Shown: piece after piece, positions 1 through 13,872 of the stretch | How positions within the stretch are numbered: the stretch's first letter is position 1 | Layout of the letters: the number at the start of each line of letters is the position of its first letter | Source of the DNA: Octopus bimaculoides | Taxonomy: Eukaryota | Reading direction: 5' to 3' | NCBI RefSeq assembly: GCF_001194135.2 | Contig: NC_068984.1 | Span: forward strand, 116,978,129-117,042,128 | DNA length: 64,000 nt | Notes under the pieces: generated by a model | Database searches by the model: none | What the model was told of the DNA's origin: nothing | The model's input: only the letters and a program-made list of their open reading frames with translations | Translations under genes and position numbers: made by a program

Positions 1-628
1 TAATGAATAGAATTATTTTTAGGGTGCCGAGGGGCACAGAGAGGTGGGGTATATTAAATGTTTCGTTTGGGAAACGTTAAATGCTTTTTTTTCTGCACGG
101 TACTTTAAACACACGTTGATTAAAAAAAATATAAAAAGAAATATTTCTAATGAATCAAAACTAATTGGTTCAACTTGGTGTTTACTTAAGCTCAGCTTAA
201 CTACATATATTACTTATTCCTCCTTCATTGTGTTTTAAAGGTTGCAAGACGTGTTTATTGAAGTCTCACCCATGATAAACAAACACAAGTGGGACTGCAG
301 TAGATAAACACTCATACTAATATTCTTGCTTAACTTAACACACCTATGTCGAACTTAAAAAAAAACATTGTGCATGTAGATGATTTTTTATTTTATGTGT
401 TTTGCTTATGTATCTGATATTTCATCTTATGGCTTGTCATGTGGTACATGTGAGATTTTTCCTATAGATCCGTCTCTAAGATAACATTGATTCTATGACA
501 TTCGACTTCGGTAACAGCTGTTCTGGACAGTCCTCTTTTAAACATGCAACATGTGTTTTTTTTCCCCCCCATTGATTTGCTCTTAATCCCTTTGTGGAAG
601 TGACTTCGTAAATAATATATATTAATTA

Positions 629-760
629 CTGTTCGTCAATCTCTCTTTCTCTGTTTGTCAATCTCTCTTTCTCTGTTTGTCAATCTCTCTTTCTCTGTTT
701 GTCAATCTCTCTTTCTCTGTTTGTCAATCTCTCTTTCTCTGTTCGTCAATCTCTCTTTCT
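629..760. repeat. Minisatellite, 6 x 22 bp (CTGTTTGTCAATCTCTCTTTCT)
   Basis: Six consecutive units; the first and last carry a TTCG variant. Confidence 0.95.
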
Positions 761-930
761 CTCTCTATCTCAGAGAAGACGAAATAACTTATGTGATAGC
801 TATTCTGACATATGTTAATTTACATTTTGCTGTGGAAGTTTCATATTGCGAAGAAATTAAAGCCTATTTGTTTACTTATTGATTCAAAATCCTATTTCCA
901 GTTAATATGCAATGCGGGAAAACCTCTTAA

Positions 931-1127
931 CCCTTTTGTTACCATATTTCTGCTAAAAAGCATCACCAATTTTGTAAACAATGAAGAATCTAGTAAAATA
1001 ACTCTATCTTTATGAAGCTAGTGTTTAGGACATAAATTAGTATGTAATTTTGGTAGATCTTATTTAAAACGGGAAGTTTGTATGAAAGAACCATGTTAAG
1101 TCTCGGGCGAGTTGGTTTGTGAAAGGG
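931..1127. mobile_element. piggyBac-type MITE, diverged copy
   Basis: TTAA then CCCTTTTGTTACCATATTTCTG; similar to copies at 28448 and 48047; right end degenerate (GAAAGGGCAA). Confidence 0.6.
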
Positions 1128-3399
1128 CAACTGAAATACAGAAGCCACGACAGTTTAGTTGTTTGTATCAGGGTCACTAACCTCGACCAAGCTTGCATAG
1201 AAAATAATAAAAAAAAATAAATTATTCCTGTTCTTGACTGCCGTAGTCTGCAAGATACTCTTTGTATTATATATGTAATAATTTAATTATACATTATGCA
1301 CTTGGTTAAAAAAGATAGAAAAAAAAAGTTGGGGATTGCTGGTTTATATCATTGATGAAAGTTAATCTCTCACTAATTAAAATATATTCTAATTTTCTGC
1401 ATTTCCGAAGGAAGTAACAATCTCCATTAGCATAAGAAAAAAGTGGTCGAAAACTTGTAAGAAATTTAAGGAAAGTTTAGAGACCCTAAATAAAATAAAT
1501 GCGAAGTATTTATTTATTTGTATTTTTAAAGCGTTGAAATTTTAATCAATTGCATCAATGCAGCCTACCAAAATATATTTGGCTACCAGAAGAAATATGG
1601 CATATCGCCTACTAAATGAAGCAACTTGTCTCAATCATATTGTAAAAATTGATGATCCTTGAGTTCTAAGTAAATAGACCCGTGAATCTGATAACGAAAC
1701 CCACTCCAGGGAACCTCCATAAATAGACTTAGGTATTCTGAGCAAGCGAAACGGATATGTAAATGTTTCTCACCGCTCTTTGTATTATTACTACATGATT
1801 CAAAAGCTGAGATATATACCCTACCAGACTGATACGTAACCGGTTAAAGATACCTTCCACTCCTTTTCTTACGAATTAATTCTAGGCGTGAGTCAAAACA
1901 AAGCTATTCTGTTCAAACCGCAATTAATGACAAAAACCTCAATTAATGAAGTCAACTTCTGGAAACATCTGAATATTACTTGGGTTTCTTGCTGACACCC
2001 AGACTAAAACAATGATTAATTTATAGCAATTACTAGAATCTGTAACAATATATGTTTGTAAACTAAAGATTTGTGAAAAATTAATATATACAGTCAAGGG
2101 ACAAAAATGATAGAAGCACTAAAATATTCGTTTCGCTTACTCGAAATACTGAAGCCTCGTTCTTTTTTTTCTCAATTTGTTTTTGGTTTTAGTATCAGTC
2201 CTACAGATATCGATTGCCCAAGGGGTTTGTTCTGCCCCAAAATGAACGGGTGGCAGTTAGTTGCTTCGTAAACCCTTTAGCATTTAGCCTTCTCTGTCAA
2301 ATTTAATGCTTATTTATTAATATTGTTTTGAATTTATTATACATTATCTCATAGCTTTGAGATTTCAATGATGTGATTGTTTCTTTTTAGAATGACATTG
2401 TAAGGTAGATGTGAGAAGCCTGATCGGGTCGGTTTGAACATAAAACAGGTAGAATATTTGGGCCTAATATGGCCGGTTTGAATGCTAAAAGGTTAAACTG
2501 GATATTAAAATCATTGCTTTGAGTTACCATAGGATGGCTGCTCGATATAGTAAACCTTACGGGTAACCATGTTATACTATTCATTATGGTTGTGTTATAT
2601 AGGACGTCATCAATGTATAAATAATACATCCACAGGCCGCCATCTTATTTTAAAGATTACACCGTGTGATCAATACAGGGATATAAATACGGATCAATGA
2701 ATAGTAATATAATGGAAACTTTGGAATTAAATGGAAATCTAGCGGAAAATTGCGAAAGGTAATACCAAAAGTTCCAGCTGTTAAGACCGGAAGCTCGAGA
2801 AAATTTTTAATTCCTTTAAATTTGAAATTGCACACGAGGCTACGGAAATAGCTCAAGTGAGGAAACAGTTTGAGGGAAATTGTACTCCATGGGGTAGGGG
2901 ACGTCACGCATGATAGACATATATATTCTTCATAAGAAATTAGTAGCAAAGTTGAAAGTAATATATCTACGTAACTGTAAGCGATCTGGTAGAACAAATT
3001 GAAAGAAACTTGTGGAGTTTGGAGGCTCAATGACGTGATAGATACTGTTTCTTAAAACAGACTTTAGATACGAAAGTTTCCTTTGATATTATGTGTTAAG
3101 CACGTAAGATAGTGAGATTAGTAAAAGGTTGAGAACCGTTGTTAGACTAACAGGTAGTGATTAGAATTTAAATGCCAAAATGTTGGAACGATGGAAATTA
3201 TGCTGCAGTGGCATGTGGCTGCGGTCACCATTGTAACAAATGCCCATTACGTAAAAGAAAGTAGGCGATGTTTCGTTTTATGATCCAGATAGGGTAACTA
3301 CTGAAGTCGACAGAGATCGCAATTTGCCGAAAATAAAAGAAACACACACACACACACACACACACAATGTGTTTTAAATGAAATAAGTGATACCAGTCT

Positions 3400-3725
3400 G
3401 GTGTGGTACACCGTCGGTTACATCGACGAGGGTTCCAGTTGACCCGATCAATGGAACTGCTTGCTCGTGAAATTAACGTACAAATGGTTGAGCACTCCAG
3501 ACATGCATACCATTAATGTAGTTGTCAGGAAGATTCAGCGTGACACAAAATGTGTTAAGGCTGACTTTTTGAATTACTGGTACAACTCACTTTTGCCAGC
3601 TGTGTGCACTGAAGCAATGTGAAATAAAGTGTCTTGCTCAAGGATACAACGCGTCACCAGTGTTCGAACTCATAATCTTTCGCTCGTGAGCCGAATACCC
3701 TAAACACTAAGCCACGCGCCTTCAC
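3400..3725 (-). mobile_element. SINE family B variant (same tail, different tRNA head and CTTGAGCAAGACACTT core)
   Basis: Tail shared with the 59007 copy; related copies near 10410, 10775-11010 and 44222-44515. Confidence 0.75.
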
Positions 3726-6393
3726 TAATCTGTAAATTTCAACTTTTTGTAAAAATGTTTTTAGTTTATTTTAGTGGATGTGTGGTAAGAAGTTTGCTTC
3801 CCAACCACATGGTTCCGGTTTCAGTCCCATTGTGTGGCACCTTGAACAAATATCTTCTGCTATAACCTCTTTCTGACCGAAACTTTATGAGTGGATTTAG
3901 TAGACGGAAACTGAAAGAAGCCCGTTATATATATATATATATATATNNNNNNNNNNNNNNNNNNNNNNNNNNNNNNNNNNNNNNNNNNNNNNNNNNNNNN
4001 NNNNNNNNNNNNNNNNNNNNNNNNNNNNNNNNNNNNNNNNNNNNNNNNNNNNNNNNNNNNNNNNNNNNNNNNNNNNNNNNNNNNNNNNNNNNNNNNNNNN
4101 NNNNNNNNNNNNNNNNNNNNNNNNNNNNNNNNNTTCTTTTTTGTGAAGGGGCTATCATTTATTTCGAAACATATGTAGGAATTAAAGGAACTTTTGTTGA
4201 CATGCGTTTTGCTCCATTTATTATTATTATATATATATATTAGTTTATGTATATATTAATATTATCTCAGTTATTAAAAGTTACCCCATCATTTCGTTTT
4301 TGTCTTGCTATTACATGTTTTATTATGAACTCCCTGAAGAGAAATAAATGAGGAACCCCAACAGCTCTTTCTTTTTTGTGAAGGGGCTATCATTTATTTC
4401 GAAACATATGTAGGAATTAAAGGAACTTTTGTTGACATGCGTTTTGCTCCATTTATTATTATTATATATATATATTAGCTGGCGTACCCGGCTTGAGGTA
4501 GTTTCACTTACTGGGTCATGAAACAAAACAGCCCGAAAATATGTATCTGAAATGGAAGACGTCAAGATCTTTTACTAATATCTGCCCTGTGCTAGTCGAA
4601 GCACAAAAATCACATGAATGAAATTATATTGTTCCTTGGTACATCAGTCATGTTTCTGCTCACTGATAACACAGTTTTCCTGTTGATTCATAGTCTGATC
4701 TCAACAAAGGCATCAACATCATTTAACGTCCATGGATCGATAGAATCAGATGAATATGAAGTCTGCAACATGCTCCAAGATCTGCTTTGGCATCGTTTTT
4801 ACGGTTGGTTATCCTTCTTAACGCCAACCACTTTACAGTGTGTACTGAGTCTTTTTTTTTTGTTTGTTTTTGGACCACCAACGCTATTGAAGTCACCGTA
4901 CACGAAGACATTAAAAAAATGTGTTAAGAATATAAATGGCATATCTGGTTTAAGCATTTTATTTTTAAAGAAATATCTCGACTCCTCTAGATACATAGTG
5001 GGCGCACAGGCACCTCTTTCCCGAGGGGACACAGCCACATAAGGTTAAGAAGCACTTCTGTAGATTATTAGGCCCTGTATCTAGTTCTAAAAGAAGCAGC
5101 CGTCATCTGCGAACAAGTATAGCTTGAGAACGTTTACTTTGCTTTCGCTAATACTTTTAGGTGCCTTTGTGATTGCGAGCGGACATGTCCACCCTTTGAT
5201 TGTCACGTGCAGGATGTGTGTGTTTCTGTGTGAGTGAGTAGAGAGAGAGAGAGAGAGAGAGAGAGAACTGCTTCAGTTGTCATTTACAGCTGAGTAGTCA
5301 GGAGCAACGTAAAGTCAAAGTACTTTACTCAAGAACTTAACGCACAGCCCAGAGGATGGGGACTGAATTCGCGACATTATGGTTGTGAGCCGAAGACTAC
5401 AACTACTACTACTACCACCACCACCACCACCACCATCTCGTACATTATATATATATGTATGTTGGTGCAAACAGGAAATATAGAACTCAAAATATGAGTA
5501 TAGGTATATTTTTAGCAGAAGCAACAGTTGCTCTGTTGCTTCTGCTAAATAATATACTAGCTGGCCCCGTGCCGTAAAAAATGACGGTTAATTGTAGTAT
5601 TTTATATATAACTAAGGTGCAAAACCAAGTTTTTAGTTTAATAATTCTTTAATTATCAAATTTATAATATACCTTTCAACTGCAGTCGTTTTATATTCTT
5701 GATACACTCAGGCAATAATTATTTTCTTTAATGAGTTTGTGTATGTTTGTGTAGGTGTGTGTGATTGTAATAATTATTTTTAACAAAACAGAATATAGGT
5801 GGTAAATCAAATTAATACACTTGTCAATGTTATCTAGTGGTTGTCTTTTGAGATGTGACATCCATCGTCGTTTGTTACTGAAAGAACGCTGGTTCGTACA
5901 TACATTCACGCACACATGTACAGAGTTGAAATGCTGTTTGCTTTTTTTTTTTTCAGCATTGTATGTTCACCATTCCACTTCCATTGCACATACACACCCA
6001 TATACTCACAAAGTGGAAACGCTGTTTGATTTTTTCACCGTAGAGTTTCCATCATCCCACTACCACTTTGCCATCACCCCTTCCTTCCTTATTCATCTAT
6101 TACCCCTTCCTTTTTCATTCATATGTTTTGACGGAGAAAAACACAACAGTATTGTTATAATAGAAGCTACAGATTTTATTCCGTTAATTGTTTCAGTTAT
6201 TTGACTGCGGCCATGTCGGAGCACCACCTTTAGTCGAACAAATCGCCCGCAGGACTTATTCTTTGTAAGCCTAGTACTTATTGTATCTGTTTCTTTTGCC
6301 GAACCGCTAGCTTACAGGGACGTAAACACACCAACATCGGTTCTCAAGCGATGGGAGGGAGGCAAACAGGCACACATATAAAATGCGCAGTGT

Positions 6394-6700
6394 GTGGAGG
6401 AGGCGCAATGGCCCAGTGGTTAGAGCAGCGGACTCGCAGTCGTAAGATCGTAGTTTCTATTCCTAGACCGGGCGTTGTGAGTGCTTATTGATCGAAAATA
6501 CCTAAAGATCTACGAGGTTCCGGCAGGGGGTGGTAGCGAACCCTGCTGTACTCTTTCACCACAGCTTTCTCTCTTTCTTCATGTTTCTGTTGTACACATG
6601 TCTGTGGATTGCTCAGCCACTTGCACGTTAATTTCATGAGCAGGCTGTTCCGTTGATCGGATTAACTGGAACCCCCGTCGGTATAACCTACGTCGTTTCA
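6394..6700 (+). mobile_element. SINE family B, adjacent to or within a family A copy
   Basis: Same head and tail as 59007 with an internal deletion. Confidence 0.8.
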
Positions 6701-7074
6701 CGACATGTGCAGTGTAATCTTGTCAGTAACCAAGTCGCAATTCATGCGACAGAAACCGTAACATCAAATAAGTGGTGTTTAAGTCTTTCACGCTGCAAAT
6801 CTTACATAATGTTGCCGGAGACATTTTCAAGGAGGTATTTGTGATTGAACAGCGTTCGTGACTTCGTTATCAGTTCGTTCTCTTTTTACCTCTTATAAGT
6901 GAAAGGGAAAAGGGTGTGGCTATTTCCTTTCGTTATATAAAAAAAAAAGAAGATAATAATGAATAATAATAATTATATGACCCATTTATAAGCTACTCTC
7001 ATCGCATCGTCCTTTTTTTTTCCGGCTTAGTCGATAATTGTAATTACACTGACATTATGAAAAGAGCAGTTTGC

Positions 7075-7144
<70 letters not shown>

Positions 7145-8190
7145 CACACACAATGTGCTGGGTCGTGAAGGAGCTTGTTTATTATATGAATGTTTTTGTT
7201 TTTGTTCTCAGTATTTTTGTTTCCAATGTAATGTGTTATTTTGTTGGTATTTTAGTCCAGATCAGCTCTGAGTGAAATCTGTTCCAAGACAATTCAGTCA
7301 TGCTTATCGCTCGTGCATTGTTTGTGTGTCTGTGTGTACATCATATATATATATATATATATTGTTTTCGTTCTTTTACTTGTTTCAGTCACTTGACTGC
7401 AGCCATGCTGGAGCACCGCTTAAAGGGATTTAGTCGAAGAAATCGACCACAGGACTTATTCTTTGTAAGCCTAGTACTTATTCTATAGGTCTTTTTGTCG
7501 AACCGCTAGATTACAGGGGCGTAAACACACCANNNNNNNNNNTCTGTTCCAAGACAATTCAGTCATGCTTATCGCTCGTGCATTGTTTGTGTGTCTGTGT
7601 GTACATCATATATATATATATATATATATGGACACCGTCTTGAAGGATTTAGTCAACCCTATTATTTATATTATTTTCCCAAAATTTGGTGTTTTTGCCG
7701 TTGGCATGGGACGTAAACAGACTAACACCAGTTTTCAAGGAGTGTGGAGAAAACAAAAAGCGTGCCTGCACACACTGTATACACACACACACACAAGCAC
7801 GCGCGTATGATAGGCTTCCCCACAGTTTCCGTCTTCTCTATTCTCTTACAATGTATTCGTCAGCCCGTGGTTACAGTAAAAGACACTTGCCCTGAATGCT
7901 TCGCCGTGGGACTGAACCAGAATCAATAAGGTTGTGAAACGAAATTCTTAACCATGCAGCCATGCCTACACCCCTGCAATTGTCTCTTGTTTTAAGCAGA
8001 ACTCGCTTTGTACGGTTTTGAAGCACTATTTCGTCATCTGTTTAGTGTGATAAACTCCCTTCTTTAACCTAACCCTTAACTTGGAATTTTTTTCTTTCCC
8101 TTTTTTTTAAAAAATATTTTCTGGGATATATTCAAGGTGGAATGATAGTTTCATGTGTCAAGAAAGTCTACTTCTCTACAATAACATTAA

Positions 8191-8585
8191 GGTATGGTTT
8201 GAGGTTAAGAAACTAGCTTTGCAACCTCGTGGTTCCATGTTCAGTCCCATGGCACAGCACCTTGCGCAAGAGTTTTCTACTATAGATCTGGACTGACCAA
8301 TGCCTTGTAAGTGAATCTAGCTGACGAAAATGAAGGGAAGCCCGTCGTGTGTGTGTGTGTATAATGTATGTATGTATATATTTGTTTATTAATGTGTTTG
8401 TTCCCCTCCTCACCTCTTGGCAACCGGTGTTGGTTTGTTTACGTCCCTGTAATTTATAAGTTCAGCGAAAGAAACCGAGAGAATAAGTACCAAACCTTAA
8501 AAAGAAGAAAGAAATGGGGTTGGTTTGTTTGACTAAAGGTGGTGCCCTATCATGGTCGCAGCCTAATAACTGAAACAAGTCAAGG
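8191..8585 (+). mobile_element. SINE family A, diverged
   Basis: Same head, core and tail order with many substitutions. Confidence 0.75.
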
Positions 8586-9559
8586 ATTTAGTATTTTAGA
8601 TGAGCTTCAAAATAGAAAGAAGTTCAACCGATACTACGTACGGAACAGTTTGATATAAAATTTTTTAATTCATATTTTTTGGCTTTGCCAGGTGTCTTTA
8701 GGAGTTTGAATAATATGTAGTATTTAAATTTTCTTCATATGTGAATTATTTATGGCAATTATGATAAATTTTTCTAAAAGTCCCAAATGGAGATTGCTGG
8801 AAAAAAACAAAGCATATTTATCCTTTTCTACCCAATTGCAGTAATACACATAGTATCAAATGCGAATGTGTATGAAATATCAATGAATGATACAGATAGG
8901 AAATGCCCCCCCCCCAAAAAAACGTTTTCAAAACAGTCAATATTTTTGTAGTTCAAAAATTGCGATTTATGACGTAAAATGTCCTCTAGAATTAGCCAGA
9001 GCTAATAACAGCAAACTTTAACTACTAAATATTGTTAAACACTCCTCTGCAAATGCAATGTACATAAGCAATTCACTTTAGATACAATGAACAATCGGTA
9101 GTGAGACTGTTTTTAGCAGATCCCCACATGGGGCTCATGGCTGGGAATGGGTTAAAACATTATTAATGGCAAAGGCGCGCCGTACTATTACGACAACGAC
9201 AGCTTTACGGCTCCATTAGGAGTTAAGCCCTCTCCGTTTACAATGTACACTACGAATGTACGTATAATTCTAATTATTATAATGGTGTTCTGTGCTTATG
9301 TTTTGCAGTTTGTGTCGGTGTTTGATTTGTAACTATACACACACATGCATTTAACATTTTGATATATATAAGTAGATATGCTGCACACGCTTGTATATGT
9401 ATGTATATATGGGTGTGTCGTAGGTTAGTCGGTTGTTTTATATTTATTGTAATATGGTGCCGTTGAAGAACTAAGAGCATGAAATGATTATATGCCTGCA
9501 TATATATATATATATATATATAATCTATATATATATATATATATATATATATTATGATT

Positions 9560-9741
9560 GACCGTTGACTGAACACTATTCAATTTTTTTTCTCCGTGTT
9601 TTTCTCCTTGTCTCCGTATTCTTTCTGTTGAAGAGCGTAGCTCGAAACGTCAAAGACTTTCCGTATTCCCGAGCGTCATACTAATATATACTTTTATTTA
9701 CACCACCTGTCCTCGTCTGTTGTTGTTATTTGTATATTCTC

Positions 9742-9743
<2 letters not shown>
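9560..9743 (+). mobile_element. Possible Penelope-like terminal fragment
   Basis: TGAAGAGCGTAGCTCGAAACGTC resembles the GAAGA...CGAAACGT terminal motif of Penelope-like elements; no coding part seen. Confidence 0.35.

Positions 9744-9812
<69 letters not shown>
9744..9812. repeat. (TA)n microsatellite
   Basis: Pure dinucleotide run; similar runs at 25445-25520 and 26477-26657 (mixed TA/TG). Confidence 0.95.
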
Positions 9813-9813
<1 letters not shown>

Positions 9814-11586
9814 TGTGTGTGTGTGTAAAATACTTTGGGAGAGTCGTATATTTTGACTGCGTCAAAGCTACGGCAGGAGATGAAATGTTCTCTGGTAATC
9901 AAAATCCAACATATGTGATCGGCGGAATTTACTCAAAACCAGCCGAATTTATTGGTGGTCCCCCAGAGTGCTGTGCAAGTCCTTCTCTTATTTCATATGT
10001 CACCAAATAAGATAAAATATAAATCTTCGTAGATGGCCCAAAGCGCCAGGAAGTCAGCAAAGCATTAAGTCACCGGACTGAACTCCACTCTGATCCATCC
10101 ACTTGTAATTCAGTGGGCGTAAATAATAAATAAAATTGAATATAATATGCGGCAAAATGGGACAAAATTCGAGCTCATCTTTTGGGAAAAGAGGATGCGA
10201 TGAAGCAATCACATACCGTTCCCTCGGTAGAGCTTTTCATAGCTGTCGAATAATGTCGATGACTTATGTGTAACTCTGGACGATAAACTACATGAACAAT
10301 TAAGTCGATATGCTCCACAAATCGTACTTATGGATCCTTAGAACTTTCTATTCTGGAGATCTTAATGCAATTCCCACTTTTCTATTTTTCCTCGGTCTCA
10401 CCTTGAATAACTGGCACTACGTCGGTTACGACTACGAGTGTTCCAGTTGATCCGATCAACAGAACAGCCTGATTGGCTTCTGTTTTCCGCAGGTCACGTA
10501 AACACTTACAGCTCCTTCCGAGCATTTTGTTTAGTTTGTTTTTGTTGAGCTATGATTTTTCACGACTTGTTTTTGTTGTAGCAATTGGAAATGCATTAAG
10601 TAATGCTGAGCATTTTTAGGCAATTGAATGCGTGACTGTGGTAAGAAATTTGCTTCCTAACTATACGGTTCTGGGTTTAGTCCCACTGCGTGAAACCTTG
10701 TGCAAGTGTCTTCTACGATAGTCTGGGCCTGACATAAAGCCTTTTGAATAGATTTGGTAGACGGAATCCAAAAGGAGCCCCCGTGCAAGTGGCTGAGCAC
10801 TCCACAGACACGCGTACCCTTAACATAGTTCTCTGGGAGATTCAGCTTGACACAAAATGTGAGAAGGCTACCCTTTTGAAATACAGATACAACTCATTTT
10901 TACCAGCTGAGTGGCCTGGAGCAACGTGAAATAAAGTGTCTTGCTCAAGGACGCAACGTGCCACCGGGAATCGAACTCACGACCTTACGTTCGTGATCGT
11001 GATCCGAATACTCTAAAGGTCAAAGAAAATTATAAAGTGAGCGTGGACGAATATATCACGTATACCGCCTATGACAATAGCTAAAAGTATGACGCATATT
11101 TTAATGATTTTTCGATCGATAGGAAATTTATTTCGATGAATTAAACTAATATTTCTGATGATCTTTATTTTGTCCAGCAGCCTAACTTTAAATTGTTTGA
11201 ATAATCGGTAGCGTGAAACCAACCTTGTTTGTAGTTCAAGAAACTTCAGCTTCAAATGAAAATAACAAACTCTATATATTGAGTATTCCCTTCCCCAATT
11301 ATTTTTTAAAAAAGAAGGAAAAGCATATACACACAGTGTAGTCGACTAGTTGTGTGTACGTTTTCAGTTGACCCAAATGACTTCTTAAAATTCTACCTTA
11401 TACAGGTTTTATTGTTCGTAATCATTATTTGCGTGATCCAATGAGTAATACATTCATGTCATTTTCATCTCCCTCGTTCTTTCTTTCTTTCTTTCTGTCT
11501 GTCTGTCTGCTTCATTATGTTTGATTTATTCTTTGACTCATTGTATATTTTCTGTACGACTTAGAAAAATGCATAAACAAAACAGA

Positions 11587-11597
11587 CTCTCTCTCTT

Positions 11598-11682
<85 letters not shown>
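11587..11682. repeat. (CT)n microsatellite
   Basis: Near-pure run. Confidence 0.95.
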
Positions 11683-11686
<4 letters not shown>

Positions 11687-13674
11687 TTTGCTCGCTCGTC
11701 CTTATTACAGCTCTTTCTGTGTTCCATTTTTGCTAAGGGCACGACTTCTCTCATCAATCGAGCTATTATATTACTTAAACGCATTTTTGTTTTTTTTCTT
11801 TGAGCAACTTATCAAGCAGAGATTTGCTCAAAAACGTTTCAAATGTGAGCGTGCCATCTTTTATTTAGGACGCTGTTTAAGGACAAGACAGTTACGATCA
11901 GGTAGACGTTTGATCTCATAAGGACATAATGTAATCGTAGATTAAATACTAACTGACGTAACATATTCCCTTTAATACGATGGGGGGGGGGGTAAGCATA
12001 TGATTAAAGGGAAGATTGGCTTCTGTTTTCCGCAGGTCGCGTAAAAACTTACAGCTCCCTCTCCTGAGCATTTTGTTTAATTTGTTTTTGTTGATGAGCT
12101 ATGATTGCAAACGCATATCCTTCAAAGTGGGAGGTAGTAATCCGGCTATTGTCCCCTGATAAACTGTTTTGATGATCGATGTTACTATCATCACGGAGCT
12201 TGAGATCCATGCATAGTCTTCTGCTCATATAGGCTCATCGTTACATCTGATGATATATTGTGTTAGAGTCGTGCAACTTCTTTAGGCATGTATTCTTGGT
12301 TATCAGACAAAGAGTGTTGCTGAAAGAGCTGCCTTCCAAGTCTTATGATGTCATCAGCCTGCAAACTTGGTCAAGCCTGCAAACTTCGACGCTTGGTGGT
12401 TAAAAGATGTTGCCGAAGGGATATGATGCGACATTCAAAGGCATTTGGGATCGATGTTAAGCCGCCTTGTTTACGTTTTAGATAGAGGCGGTCTTCGCCA
12501 CTGTTTATGTGGAAATTATGTGTACTTGTTAGTATTTTTTGGGCTTTCACATCGTATGTATGTATGTATGTATGTATGTATGTATGTCAGTCATTATTCA
12601 GTTTTATCTCAAGATTTCTTGCCAATAAAGATCTAACCTAGATCCAAGGCTCCTTCATTGGAAATTCAAAACCATCAACAGAATATGTATGTATGTATAT
12701 GTGCAGATTTGTGTTTCGTTTATGTATGTATTCTCATGCATATAGTTGCATGTCTGGACATGCTTATGTATGTGTGTCTTTTGCCTCTGTGTTTGTCCCC
12801 CACTACCTTTTGAGATTTGGTATTTGTGAGTTTATGCCAATCTTACGCATTTTTTTAAAAAGTATATACCAACGGAACGCACTTAACCATTAATTTTTCC
12901 TTTTTCTGTCCGGGGGATATTCCAGATTTTGCTTACAGTGAATGGCATGTAACTCTTATGACTCTCTAACTTATTTGAACATTTTTACATTTTATCCACT
13001 ATTTCAAAAAGAAGAGTTTATCTTTGTGTCCCACAGGATGGGAACCGCTGTGTGAGACTAAGTTATTCAGTTCATCTTGCCCTCTTTTTCTTTTTCGTTC
13101 TTTGTTTTTTTGTTTTTTTTTTAATGTTTGATTTAGAGAGGAAAGGACAATGCCGATGATCCTTTTCAGAGTATTTGAGACTGGTGTGAAGGTCTGTATT
13201 CTTGGACTAGTATCCTTACCCAAATGCTTGGTTTCAACAGAACCAGAGGCGGTGTTAAACCAAGTAACAGATTAAGTCTGGCCTCATTTCCAAAAATAAC
13301 AAAGTTTATACTATGTTAATGGGGGTCTGAGGTCAGAAGGAAATCAGAAATGTTTCCGGAGATGTTTACGTATAAAAATGAAACAATATTAATCATTGAT
13401 TGATGATGTTTGTTTTTCCTTCACTGTTTAATTATAACTAATTAGCTAATGCTGGGAACATTTAAAAACATTAGGTGTGTAACACTAACTTATCTGCAAC
13501 TATTAACATTGCATCTAGTCAGAATAAAAACAATCTCCACTAATGTGTGCGCGAGCGTTTGATAGGACATCCGTTTCTCGTTAGCTAATGCCGGGAACAT
13601 TAACACTCTAATTGCAACTGCTAACATTGCGTCTACTCAGAATTATGTATGTATGTATGTGAGAGAGAGAGCGA

Positions 13675-13872
13675 GGTTTCAAATTTTGGCACAAGGTCAG
13701 CAATTTTAGAGGAGGAATAAGTCGATACCATGGACCCCAGAGTTCAACTGGGACGTATTTTATCGACCACGAAAGGATGAAAGCAAAGTCGACCTCGGCG
13801 GAATTTGAATTGAGAACGTAAAGACAGACATTTTACCCGGCGTGCTAATGAGTATACCAACTCGCCGCCTTA
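13675..13872 (-). mobile_element. SINE family C, dispersed copy
   Basis: Reverse complement of the array units; other dispersed copies at about 15975-16190 (-), 28229-28367 (-), 31845 (-), 46648-46850 (+), 51393-51615 (+). Confidence 0.8.

Noticed and set aside
4134-4472. Duplicate of about 105 bp (4134-4240 and 4367-4472)
   Set aside because: Identical copies abutting an N gap; typical scaffolding overlap artifact.
7279-7625. Duplicate segment on both sides of the 7533 gap
   Set aside because: Identical and gap-adjacent; artifact. The same applies to 37143-37330 and 51669-51775.
11515-11784. ORFs rich in ER, LS, YI, HT, CV or poly-I/V (also 26401-26762, 28005-28271, 34311-35125, 63714-63948)
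   Set aside because: Translations of microsatellites; no coding signal.
13441-13643. Imperfect direct repeat of about 65-85 bp (TAGCTAATGCYGGGAACATT...)
   Set aside because: Looks like an old local duplication with nothing suggesting function.
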